DNA of 42,130 nt from Gemmatimonadales bacterium (GTDB lineage Bacteria > Gemmatimonadota > Gemmatimonadetes > Gemmatimonadales > Gemmatimonadaceae). The notes under the pieces are model-generated. The model saw nothing but the letters and a program-made list of their open reading frames with translations. It ran no database searches and was not told where the DNA came from. Shown here piece after piece: positions 10,211-18,613 of this stretch (its first letter is position 1; each line of letters opens with the position of its first letter). Where the stretch lies: positions 1 through 42,130 of the forward strand of contig JBIOHX010000001.1 of assembly GCA_044449465.1 (NCBI GenBank), in the 5' to 3' direction. The translations under genes were made by a program, and so were the position numbers.

Positions 10211-11002
10211 ATGTACTCATTCGAGCTGGTACGTCCGACGACGCTTGCCGCGGCCTCCGCGGCGTTGACGAGCAGTGGCGGGAAGGCCCTTGCCGGCGGC
10301 CAAAGCCTGCTCGCGGCGATGAAGCTTCGACTCGCGCAACCAGGAACGCTCGTCGACCTCTCCGGAATCGCGGAGCTCAAGGGCATCGCGCGGAGCGCGG
10401 ATACCGTCACGATCGGCGCGTTGGCGACGCACACCCAGGTCGCCGAATCGAGCGTCGTACGCGAGGCGATTCCGGCGCTGGCGGAGTTGGCGCACGGCAT
10501 CGGCGACCGGCAGGTGCGCAATGTCGGCACGCTCGGCGGATCGATCGCGCACAACGATCCGGCGGCGTGCTATCCGGCGGCACTGCTGGCGCTCGGCGCG
10601 ACGATTCGCACGACGGCGCGCCTGATCCCCGCCGATGAGTTCTTCAAGGGCATGTACGAGACGGCGCTTGGCGATGGTGAGATCATCACGTCGGTGTCGT
10701 TCCCGATCCCGCGGAAGGCGGCGTATGTGAAGTTTGCCAATCCCGCGTCGCGGTTCGCGCTCGTGGGCGTCTTCGTTGCTCAGACGGCGACCGGCGTTCG
10801 CGTCGCGGTGACCGGGGCGGCACCGTCGGTCTTCCGCTCGAAGGAATTGGAAACGGCGTTCACTCGGAGCTTCACCGCTGACGCGGCCAAGGCGGTGACC
10901 GTGAGTGCGTCGGGCCTGAACGGCGACCTGCACGCGTCGCCGGAGTATCGGGCGCACCTCATTCCAGTGCTCGCGCGCCGTGCCGTTGCCGCCGCCGGCT
11001 GA
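10211..11002 (+). CDS. coxM: FAD-binding medium subunit of the CO dehydrogenase / xanthine dehydrogenase family
   Basis: A 263-aa ORF MYSFELVRP...LAGGQSLLAAMKLRL... with a FAD_binding_5-type N-terminus and a CO-dehydrogenase flavoprotein C-terminal domain. Confidence 0.9.
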   Translation: MYSFELVRPTTLAAASAALTSSGGKALAGGQSLLAAMKLRLAQPGTLVDLSGIAELKGIARSADTVTIGALATHTQVAESSVVREAIPALAELAHGIGDRQVRNVGTLGGSIAHNDPAACYPAALLALGATIRTTARLIPADEFFKGMYETALGDGEIITSVSFPIPRKAAYVKFANPASRFALVGVFVAQTATGVRVAVTGAAPSVFRSKELETAFTRSFTADAAKAVTVSASGLNGDLHASPEYRAHLIPVLARRAVAAAG

Positions 11003-11933
11003 AAAGCAGCCGGCGCGCGGCGCCTCGATCAAACTCTCGTCCGTCGACGACGTCGTCGAGCTGCTCGAGGCCCAAGACTACCTGGCCGATCGGCAACTGG
11101 CGACGTCGGTCTTTCTCAGCCTCACCATGGCGCGTCCCCTCTTTCTCGAGGGCGAGGCCGGCTGTGGCAAGACGGAGCTCGCCAAGGTCCTCGCGGCGGC
11201 GCTGGGCACACGGCTCGTGCGATTGCAGTGCTATGAAGGCCTGGACGTCGGGTCCGCGGTGTATGAGTGGAACTATCCGAGGCAGATGATCGAGATTCGC
11301 CTGGCGGAGGCGAGTGGCACCATAGATCGTGCGGGACTGGGTGCGGATATCTTCACGCGCCGGTTTCTGCTGCGGCGTCCGTTGCTCGAGGCGCTGGCGC
11401 CTGAGGACGGAGTCGCGCCCGTGCTCTTGATCGACGAGCTCGATCGCGCCGACGAGCCGTTCGAAGCGTATCTGCTCGAGGTGTTGGCGGAATATCAGGT
11501 GACGATTCCGGAGCTCGGCGTCATCAAGGCGGCGACCCCGCCGGTCGTGGCGATCACGTCGAATCGGACACGGGAGATTCACGACGCGGTCAAGCGCCGC
11601 TGCCTCTATCAGTGGGTCGGCTATCCGGATGCGCAGCGGGAGCTGGCGATCGTCCGGCGGAAGTGCCCTCGAGCGCCGGCGGCCCTGGCGCGCGAGATCG
11701 TAGAGTTCACGCAGCGGCTTCGCGCTTTAGAGCTGTTCAAATCGCCGGGCGTGGCGGAGACGTTGGACTGGGCGGAGGCGCTCGTGACACTCGATCGGGT
11801 GTCGCTCGACCGCGAGACCGTTGCCGACACGGCGGGGGTGCTGCTCAAGTATCAGGACGACGTGGGCGTGTTGACGCCGGATGTAACGGCGAGGCTCGTC
11901 GACGAAGCACGCGCCGCGGCAAGGTCGGCGTGA
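10980..11933 (+). CDS. coxD: MoxR-like AAA+ ATPase (CoxD-type maturation factor)
   Basis: Walker A GEAGCGKT and Walker B LLIDELDRAD are present, with a YEWNYPRQMIEIRL segment. A GTG start at 10980 overlaps the coxM end by 23 nt, and there is no later plausible start. Confidence 0.85.
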   Translation: MPLPPPAEKQPARGASIKLSSVDDVVELLEAQDYLADRQLATSVFLSLTMARPLFLEGEAGCGKTELAKVLAAALGTRLVRLQCYEGLDVGSAVYEWNYPRQMIEIRLAEASGTIDRAGLGADIFTRRFLLRRPLLEALAPEDGVAPVLLIDELDRADEPFEAYLLEVLAEYQVTIPELGVIKAATPPVVAITSNRTREIHDAVKRRCLYQWVGYPDAQRELAIVRRKCPRAPAALAREIVEFTQRLRALELFKSPGVAETLDWAEALVTLDRVSLDRETVADTAGVLLKYQDDVGVLTPDVTARLVDEARAAARSA

Positions 11934-11942
11934 TCGGCTGAG

Positions 11943-13130
11943 ATGATGCCGACGGGGCGCCTCGCCGAGAACATCGTGCATTTCGTGCGACTGCTGCGCG
12001 CGGCGGGAATTCCCGTTGGACCGGAGCGTTCGGTCGCGTCGCTCGAAGCCGTGCAAGCGGTGGGCATCTCGAATCGGGACGATTTCCGCGCGGCGTTGGC
12101 GGCGGTGCTGATCTCGCGCCAGGAGCATCGGGAGCTTTTCGATGAAGCATTCGGTGTGTTCTGGCGTAATCCGAAGCTTACGCAAAAGAGAATGGCGTCG
12201 TTGCTGCCGAAAGTGCAGGCCCAAGCCCCGCCCGAGGGAGAGCAAGTGTCCCCGAGGCTCGCTGCGGCGTTCGTCGGCTCGGCGGTTCGCGAAGCGTTCG
12301 ACAGCGAAATGGACGAGGTGCAGTTCGACGCGTCGTTCACATTCTCACCGACGGAGGTGCTGCGGCACCGCGACTTCGAGGCGATGACCGCCGACGAGCT
12401 CGCGGCGACTCGCTCGATGCTCGCGCGACTACGCCTGCCACTGCCCGAGCTTCCCACCCGGCGGAGCAAGCCAGCCGTTCGAGGGCAGGGCATCGATGTG
12501 CGCCGCACCATGCGACGGGCGACGACCGGCGCCGGCGCGCTCGTCCCGCTGGCGCGACGGCAGCGCCGGCGGAGAGGGCCGTCGCTCGTCATACTGTGCG
12601 ACATCTCGGGGTCGATGGACAGCTACTCGAGAATACTCATGCACTTTCTCCACACGGTCACGAACGATCGCGATCGCGTTCATGTGTTCGTGTTCGGGAC
12701 GCGGCTCACGAACGTGACGCGCCAGCTGCGGCATCGGGACGTGGACGTCGCGCTCAAGCGTGTGGGCGCCGCCGCATCCGATTGGGCGGGAGGGACGCGG
12801 ATCGGCGCTTGCCTCACCGAGTTCAACAAGCGGTGGTCTCGCCGCGTGCTCGCGCAGGATGCGATCGTGCTTCTCATCAGCGACGGGCTGGATGCCGACG
12901 CCGGCGAGGCGCTGGCGCCGCAAATGGACCGGCTTTCGAGATCGTGCCGGCGTGTGGTCTGGCTCAACCCGTTACTCCGTTACGACCGCTTCGAGCCGAG
13001 GCCGGCGGGGATTCGAGCGATGCTGCCGTATGTCGACGACTTTCTGCCGTGTCACAACGTGGACAGCGTCGTCGCGCTCGCGGCGGCGTTTGATGCGATG
13101 TCCGGGAACCGGAGCCGTGCATGGAGATGA
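11943..13130 (+). CDS. coxE: VWA-domain protein (CoxE-type)
   Basis: A 395-aa ORF. The N-terminus LAENIVHFVRLLRAAGIPVG and the MIDAS motif ILCDISGSMDSYS are typical of CoxE / VWA proteins paired with MoxR ATPases. Confidence 0.85.
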   Translation: MMPTGRLAENIVHFVRLLRAAGIPVGPERSVASLEAVQAVGISNRDDFRAALAAVLISRQEHRELFDEAFGVFWRNPKLTQKRMASLLPKVQAQAPPEGEQVSPRLAAAFVGSAVREAFDSEMDEVQFDASFTFSPTEVLRHRDFEAMTADELAATRSMLARLRLPLPELPTRRSKPAVRGQGIDVRRTMRRATTGAGALVPLARRQRRRRGPSLVILCDISGSMDSYSRILMHFLHTVTNDRDRVHVFVFGTRLTNVTRQLRHRDVDVALKRVGAAASDWAGGTRIGACLTEFNKRWSRRVLAQDAIVLLISDGLDADAGEALAPQMDRLSRSCRRVVWLNPLLRYDRFEPRPAGIRAMLPYVDDFLPCHNVDSVVALAAAFDAMSGNRSRAWR

Positions 13131-13705
13131 CGGGAACGAGCGACGTGCCGGCCGCGCCAGACGCAGTCTGGTGCGCGCTCAACGATCCAGCCGTGCTGCG
13201 GGCCTGCATCGCCGGCTGCGAGTCGCTCGAGCCCACTGGTGAGCATTCTTACGCGATGGTGCTGGCGGCGAAGGTCGGGCCGGTCGCCGCACGATTCACG
13301 GGCACGATGCGTCTCGCCGACATCGATCCGCCCCGATCGTACACACTGCGTTTCGAGGGAAGCGGCGGCGTGGCCGGCTTCGCGAAAGGCGAGGGGCGGG
13401 TGACGCTCGTTCCCACTGGCGGTGATTCCACGAAGCTCGAGTACGTGGCGACGGCACAAGTGGGGGGCAAGCTGGCGCAGATCGGATCGCGGCTCATCGA
13501 CGGCGTCGCGCACAAGATGGCCAACGATTTCTTCGAGCGATTCGTCGCATCGGTGAGCCCGCCGCCGGTGGCCGCTCCACTCGTGGCCGCGGCCGACAAC
13601 CCGCGCGCGCCGACGTTTCGCCATTGGCGCGGCCTGGGTTATGCCGTCATCGCGAGCCTGTTCGTGCTGCTCGCGATCATGCTATTCAGGCGTGGGGCGC
13701 CGTAG
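13121..13705 (+). CDS. coxG: SRPBCC-fold CoxG-type protein with a C-terminal hydrophobic anchor
   Basis: A 194-aa ORF. The pattern ...PDAVWCALNDPAVLRACIAGCESLE...GPVAARFTG...GGKLAQIGSRLIDGVAHKMANDFFERF matches CoxG. The tail GLGYAVIASLFVLLAIMLF looks like a transmembrane helix. Confidence 0.85.
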   Translation: MEMTGTSDVPAAPDAVWCALNDPAVLRACIAGCESLEPTGEHSYAMVLAAKVGPVAARFTGTMRLADIDPPRSYTLRFEGSGGVAGFAKGEGRVTLVPTGGDSTKLEYVATAQVGGKLAQIGSRLIDGVAHKMANDFFERFVASVSPPPVAAPLVAAADNPRAPTFRHWRGLGYAVIASLFVLLAIMLFRRGAP

Positions 13706-13720
13706 CGTTCAGGAGAAGCC

Positions 13721-14143
13721 GTGGCTGACGCCGACGTGCGGCAACGTGTAGAGCATTGGGCGCGGGCCTGTCGCGAGAAGGACATCGATGGCGTCATGTC
13801 CTTCTATGCGTCCACGATCGTGTCATTCGATCTCGGACCGCCCTTGCGCTACGCCGGCGGCGAGAACAAACGCCGTGCCTGGGAAGCAGTGTTCGATGCC
13901 TACTCGGGGCCCATCGTCTACGACGTACGCGACTTGAAGATCATGTCGGACGGCGAGCTCGCATTCGTTCACAGCCTCAACGATGTGAGCGGCACGCTGG
14001 CGAGCGGCCATGTCACGAGTCTCTGGGTGCGTTGGACGGCGTGCTTCCACCGAATCGATGGCGTCTGGCTGATCGAGCACGATCATGTCTCGGTCCCGGC
14101 GGACGTCGAGCATGGTCAGGCCGTTCTGAATCTCACACCGTGA
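13721..14143 (+). CDS. SnoaL-like / NTF2-fold (DUF4440-like) protein
   Basis: A 140-aa ORF with a GTG start. The pattern RVEHWARACREKDIDGVMSFYA...VRWTACFHRIDGVWLIEHDHVS is typical of the NTF2-like superfamily. It is the last gene in the same orientation as the cox cluster. Confidence 0.6.
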   Translation: MADADVRQRVEHWARACREKDIDGVMSFYASTIVSFDLGPPLRYAGGENKRRAWEAVFDAYSGPIVYDVRDLKIMSDGELAFVHSLNDVSGTLASGHVTSLWVRWTACFHRIDGVWLIEHDHVSVPADVEHGQAVLNLTP

Positions 14144-14182
14144 GCGCGGCGAGATTCCTTACAAGAACGTCCGTCTCGTCGG

Positions 14183-14728
14183 TCACCAGCCCCGCTGTTT
14201 GCGAAGCTCGGAGATGTGCGCCGTGTGGTGGTCGCCGTGCCACCGGCAGAGGTCGACCAGCCCGTCAATCGACACAACGCCCCAATCCGGATGCGTCGTG
14301 GTGCGACTGAATCGGTCCGGCGCCAGCGTCTCGAGGAAGTGCACCAGGCGCGCGTGCACCGCATCGAGGATAGCGAGCGACCCGTCGATCGGCATCCGCT
14401 TCGCATCGACGAGCTCGGCCCATGTGACTTCGTCCCACGTCTTGACCGGCGGGTTGTCTTCCGTTTGGGCAACCTTGACGCGCGTGTAGAGGACCATGTG
14501 AGCGTCGGCCACATGATGCACGACCTGGCGTACGGTCCAGCCGCCGGGACGATACGGCGTATCGAGCTGCGCGTCGGCCAGCCCCGCGACCGCGCGCCGG
14601 AGGTTGGCCGGCATTCGCTCGATCGACGCGATTGCGCCGGCGCGCGACTCAGCGGTGAATGACGTTCGTGGCGCGAACGTGCCGATCGGATAGCGGAGGT
14701 CGGGCATGTCGGCCCGTGCGGCGCTCAC
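14183..14728 (-). CDS. DinB/YfiT-family metal-dependent hydrolase or thiol transferase-like protein
   Basis: A 181-aa ORF. His-rich motifs VVHHVADAHM and WHGDHHTAHI sit in a DinB-type four-helix pattern. Its start overlaps the end of the upstream regulator gene by 4 nt. Confidence 0.8.
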   Translation of the reverse strand: MSAARADMPDLRYPIGTFAPRTSFTAESRAGAIASIERMPANLRRAVAGLADAQLDTPYRPGGWTVRQVVHHVADAHMVLYTRVKVAQTEDNPPVKTWDEVTWAELVDAKRMPIDGSLAILDAVHARLVHFLETLAPDRFSRTTTHPDWGVVSIDGLVDLCRWHGDHHTAHISELRKQRGW

Positions 14729-15432
14729 AGCCGTACTCCGAATCGCGCGAAGATCTCCCGGTCCCCGCGCGCGGTGACGCTCAACGCGCGACTATCGCGC
14801 TCGCGCACGACCCATTTTCTTTTCAGCGCATTTTCCAACAATGCGGCACCGAGTGCGCCGCCGAGATGCGGCCGTCGTTCGGTCCAGTCGAGGCACGCAT
14901 GGGCGAATCGGCGGCGGCGCGCACGCAGCGCGTCGACGTCGATCCCAAGCTCGGATATCGCGTTCGCGCCACGCGCCGTGAGGTCGCGGTCACGAAGACG
15001 ACTCGCGGCGCCGGTCGAAAGCCACCCGAGGGCGACCAGGCGGCTGTAGAGCGCAACGCCCAACGCTCCGGCGATGTGATCGTAACAGCTTCGCGCGACA
15101 CGCAAGCTGGACGCGATGGCGGGTGCGGGCTCGACAGGGGCGCGGCCGGCGAGGGAGCTCAGAGCCTCGAGTGCCGCCGCGACGTCGGTGCCGGCCAGGG
15201 TGTAGCAGCGGTGTTTACCTTGCGTCGTGACGCTCACCAACTTCCGTGCTCTGAGTTGCTGCAAGTGAATGCTCGCGGTCGAAGGCGTGACGTCGGCCAA
15301 GAGTGCCAGCTCCGTGCTCGTTCGCGCGCGACCATCCATCAAGCTGTAGAGCATGCGCGTACGCGCGGGAGCTGCAATGGCTGCCGCAATCTGCGGCACC
15401 GTTGCGTCGGGCGATAGCAGTTTCGCATCCAT
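14725..15432 (-). CDS. ArsR-like winged-helix transcriptional regulator with a C-terminal extension
   Basis: A 235-aa ORF. The segment RTRMLYSLMDGRARTSTELALLADVTPSTASIHLQQLRARKLVSVTTQGKHRCYTL is a canonical ArsR/SmtB-type HTH. Confidence 0.7.
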   Translation of the reverse strand: MDAKLLSPDATVPQIAAAIAAPARTRMLYSLMDGRARTSTELALLADVTPSTASIHLQQLRARKLVSVTTQGKHRCYTLAGTDVAAALEALSSLAGRAPVEPAPAIASSLRVARSCYDHIAGALGVALYSRLVALGWLSTGAASRLRDRDLTARGANAISELGIDVDALRARRRRFAHACLDWTERRPHLGGALGAALLENALKRKWVVRERDSRALSVTARGDREIFARFGVRL

Positions 15433-15483
15433 GGTTTGACACTACTCAAACCGTTGGCCACCAGCAAGCGACAGGATACCACG

Positions 15484-16326
15484 ATGAACGAGCTGGAAGC
15501 GCAGAGGAAGAAAGGCGAACGATTTCTGGAGCTACACGCCGGACCGGGCGCCTTTGTGATTCCGAATCCGTGGGACGCCGGCACGGCGCGCATGCTCCAG
15601 ACGATCGGCTTCGACGCGTTGACGACGACGAGCGCGGGGTTGGCGTTCGCGCTTGGAAAGCGCGACGGTGCACGAGAGATCACGCGCGGCGAGGCGCTTG
15701 CCAACGCCAAGGCGATCGCCGACGCGACCGATCTTCCAGTCGCTGCCGATCTCGAGAATGGATACGGCGACGCACCGGAGGCCGCCGCAATCACCATCCG
15801 CCTTGCGGGGACGGAGGCGGGACTCGTGGGCGCGTCGATCGAGGACGCGACCGGCGATCCCGCACGCCCCATCTACGATGTCGGCCACGCCGTCGAGCGG
15901 ATCGTGGCGGCGGTCGAGGCCGCGCGCGCGCTTCCGACGCCATTCGTGCTCGTCGCGCGCGCGGAGAACTATTTTCACGGACGACCGGATCTCGACGACA
16001 CGATTCGACGCCTGCAGGCGTTCGAGGCCGCCGGCGCCGACGCCCTGTACGCTCCGGGGCTCAGGACGCTCGAAGAGATCCGCGCCATTTGCTCGGCGGT
16101 GCGCAAGCCGGTGAATGTCGTGATGGGGCTCGGCCGGGTTTCCTTCTCGGTGGCCGAGCTTGCCGCCGCGGGCGTACGCCGGATCAGCGTGGGCTCGGCG
16201 CTGAGCCGCGCCGCGTTGACGGGGTTCGTGGCCGCGGCGCGCGAGATGAAGACACACGGCACGTTCCGGTTCGCCGAGGGGTCGTTGCCGTACGCCGAGG
16301 TCAACCGGTTGATGCAACGACCGTAA
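15484..16326 (+). CDS. Isocitrate lyase / PEP mutase family protein (2-methylisocitrate lyase-like)
   Basis: The sequence MNELEAQRKKGERFLELH...VIPNPWDAGTARM...AADLENGYGD... matches the family. I take the in-frame ATG at 15484 as the start rather than the track start at 15436. Confidence 0.8.
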   Translation: MNELEAQRKKGERFLELHAGPGAFVIPNPWDAGTARMLQTIGFDALTTTSAGLAFALGKRDGAREITRGEALANAKAIADATDLPVAADLENGYGDAPEAAAITIRLAGTEAGLVGASIEDATGDPARPIYDVGHAVERIVAAVEAARALPTPFVLVARAENYFHGRPDLDDTIRRLQAFEAAGADALYAPGLRTLEEIRAICSAVRKPVNVVMGLGRVSFSVAELAAAGVRRISVGSALSRAALTGFVAAAREMKTHGTFRFAEGSLPYAEVNRLMQRP

Positions 16327-17008
16327 CGGGTCGACCGCGTGCGCGGGGCGTTGCCACATAGAGCGTGTGCATCGGCCCGGCCGTGGTGTGTGCCCGTACG
16401 TGCAACGCGCGGACAGTGAGCCCCGCATGGCGGAGCGCTCCCGCGAACTTCCGGTCGTCAGCCACAGACCAATAGACGATCGACCCGCCGGGACGCAGCG
16501 CCGCCACGGTGTCGGCGATCCCGCGCGGCGCGTACAGATCCGCGTTCTCGGACATCAGCATTGCGTCCGGACCATTGTCGGTGTCGAGCATGATCGCATC
16601 GAAGCCGCCTTGGTTCCGCTGGAGCACGGCAAGGACATCCGCCTGGACCACGCGAACGCGCGGATCGGCAAGCGCGATGACGGAGAGGTCGTACGCCGGG
16701 TCTGCGTTCCACGCGATCACCTCGGCCAGCAACTCAGCCACGACGACTTCGGCGTCTTCGCGCAAGAGCTCCAGGGACGCTCGAAGCGTGAAGCCCAACC
16801 CGAGACCGCCGATCAACACCCTCGATCGCGGGGTCTCGCGGAGCGGCGCGCAGGCGACTTCGGCCAGGCGATCCTCGGAGAGATGGCGACGGCTCGACAT
16901 GAGCTCGACGCCGTCGGCGCGGACCAGGTAAGCGCCATCGTGCCGATACAGCGTGATCCGCGTTCCATTCGGCGTCCGCGCCTCGCCCAACTTCTCGAGA
17001 GGTTTCAT
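16301..17008 (-). CDS. Spermidine synthase-like SAM-dependent methyltransferase-fold protein
   Basis: A 235-aa ORF. The SAM-binding-like motif VLIGGLGLGFT and the segment FDAIMLDTDNGPD resemble the spermine/spermidine synthase-like family. Its 3' end overlaps the convergent gene by 26 nt. Confidence 0.6.
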   Translation of the reverse strand: MKPLEKLGEARTPNGTRITLYRHDGAYLVRADGVELMSSRRHLSEDRLAEVACAPLRETPRSRVLIGGLGLGFTLRASLELLREDAEVVVAELLAEVIAWNADPAYDLSVIALADPRVRVVQADVLAVLQRNQGGFDAIMLDTDNGPDAMLMSENADLYAPRGIADTVAALRPGGSIVYWSVADDRKFAGALRHAGLTVRALHVRAHTTAGPMHTLYVATPRARGRPVTVVASTG

Positions 17009-17017
17009 GATCGTTGA

Positions 17018-17689
17018 TTAGTTCCGTGCGACGCTCACGCCTGCATTGGCGGCTTCCGACGCCGTGACCTCGATGGCTCGCGCGCACATGATCAATCCCG
17101 CGAGCAACGCGATTGCGCCCGTCAGCCGGGCGATGCGCGCGCCGGTGGGCGCAGCACGCTCAGCGGTGATTGACGCCGTGATCACGAGCATCGTGCGCGT
17201 GTCCATGAGTCCCGTGACGAAAAATACCGCCATTGGCGCCGCGCAGCTCAGGGCGCAGTCGACGCCGAATCGGCAGCCGTCTCGCCATGCGGTAGTCACG
17301 TTCCCAGAGACCGTTTGCGCCGCGACAGACGCCTGATGGCAGCGGCGGAGTCGCTTCGCTTTCCAGCGCGAGCGCTGCACCGCGCCGATACACAGAACGG
17401 TCGCGCCTGCCGTCCACGCGCCGAACGACGGATGCGTCGGCGATGTTCCCGTCATCCGAGACAGTTCCGCAGTCGTCGCGAACAGCACCAGCCCAATCAC
17501 GGCCCATAGGCTCGCATATCCCGAAGCGAAGAGCGTGGTCCGCTGGCCGGCGCGCGACACTCCCATTGCGCGCAGCCGGCGATGATGGCGCCAGAGGGTG
17601 GGCGCGACCGACGGCAGCATCATCGCCACCATCATTGCGACCGTCACGAGCGCCATCACCGCCGGTGATGTCATTTGCATCGAGCTCAT
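17018..17689 (-). CDS. DUF2182-like integral membrane protein (predicted metal-binding)
   Basis: The hydrophobic ORF begins MSSMQMTSPAVMALVTVAMMVAMMLPS.... I take the ATG at 17689 as the start because it forms an ATGA overlap with the upstream DUF899 stop. The track start at 17764 is an Arg-rich extension. Confidence 0.6.
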   Translation of the reverse strand: MSSMQMTSPAVMALVTVAMMVAMMLPSVAPTLWRHHRRLRAMGVSRAGQRTTLFASGYASLWAVIGLVLFATTAELSRMTGTSPTHPSFGAWTAGATVLCIGAVQRSRWKAKRLRRCHQASVAAQTVSGNVTTAWRDGCRFGVDCALSCAAPMAVFFVTGLMDTRTMLVITASITAERAAPTGARIARLTGAIALLAGLIMCARAIEVTASEAANAGVSVARN

Positions 17690-18486
17690 CGCGCCGGGTA
17701 CTTGTCGCGGTGGCGCATCCAGACGCCATGCTCGTTGCGGCCGAGCGGGGCGCGGTCGAGCCACTGGTACATGCCCCAGAGACCGTCGAGCCCGCGCGCG
17801 AACGTGGAGTAGGTGTGATGGACAACTCCGTCGCGCACCGCGAACGCGCTCATCCCGGGGCGTTCGCGCAAAAACGTGGCGACATCAACGCCGGCAGAGG
17901 CGGCGATCTGGCCGACCGGCGCTTCGCTCCCCAGCTTCTTCCACTCTGGAAGCGTACGCTTCAGCGCCGAGTCCTGCATCGGAGACTCTCGGCGATAGTT
18001 GTAGTCGATTTCGCCGCTACGCTGCTCGAGCTCCGTGAAGGCGACGCTGAAGTCGAAGTTGAAGTCGCCGCCAAAGGAGGATGCCCATGGGAATGCCCAC
18101 CCCATGCGCTGCTTGTAGCCTTGCAGCTTGGCGAGTGGAGCGCGCGAGACTGCGTACAGCGACACGTCGTGATTCTCGAGATGGACGGCGATGCCATTGA
18201 AGCCGTCGGCGATGCTCGAGCACGACGGACAGCCCGCGGCGTAGTCCGGGCCGAACATGCAGTGGTATACGAGCAACTGCGAACGTCCGCGGAACAGGTC
18301 GGCCAGCGACGCGCTTCCGTCGTCCGTGTCGAACCGGTAGTCTTTCGCGACCGGCACCCAGGGCAAAGCCTGTCGTTGGCGCGCTACCTCGTCACCGCGA
18401 TGCGTCAAGTCTTTTTCGGCCTCGAGCAGGGCGAGGCGAGCGGTCAGCCATTCTTCGCGTGTTCCGGCGGTCATCGTCGTCGTCAT
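17686..18486 (-). CDS. DUF899 thioredoxin-like family protein
   Basis: ATG at 18486 is preceded by GGAGAGAACGACC. The sequence MTTTMTAGTREEWLTARLALLEAEKDLTR..YRFDTDDG..LFRGRSQLLVYHCMFGPDY..GCPSCS...YQWLDRAPLGRNE is characteristic of DUF899. The track merges it into a 702-aa ORF. Confidence 0.8.
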   Translation of the reverse strand: MTTTMTAGTREEWLTARLALLEAEKDLTHRGDEVARQRQALPWVPVAKDYRFDTDDGSASLADLFRGRSQLLVYHCMFGPDYAAGCPSCSSIADGFNGIAVHLENHDVSLYAVSRAPLAKLQGYKQRMGWAFPWASSFGGDFNFDFSVAFTELEQRSGEIDYNYRRESPMQDSALKRTLPEWKKLGSEAPVGQIAASAGVDVATFLRERPGMSAFAVRDGVVHHTYSTFARGLDGLWGMYQWLDRAPLGRNEHGVWMRHRDKYPAR

Positions 18487-18613
18487 GGTCGTTCTCTCCA
18501 GTAGCTTGTGTCGATGGGGCGGCGCGCCGTCGCATGACCAGCGCCCGGTGAACGAGCGATAGATTAGGAGCCGGCCAGTCGAGGGTGTGAGTAACAAGTG
18601 TGACGGGATTCCC

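Noticed and set aside
9341-11032. Minus-strand ORFs 9341..10159 and 10217..11032 (about 270 aa each)
   Set aside because: They are antisense shadows of coxL and coxM, with no motifs and an Arg-rich composition.
16301-16326. A 26-nt overlap of two convergent gene ends
   Set aside because: This is common in compact high-GC genomes. It has no sequence feature beyond the overlap itself, and the exact ends depend only on stop codons.
15303-16428. A 352-aa plus-strand ORF and a 298-aa minus-strand ORF overlapping the PEP mutase-family gene
   Set aside because: They are alternate-frame or antisense ORFs with extreme Arg/Gly content. The 15484..16326 frame carries the recognisable family motifs.
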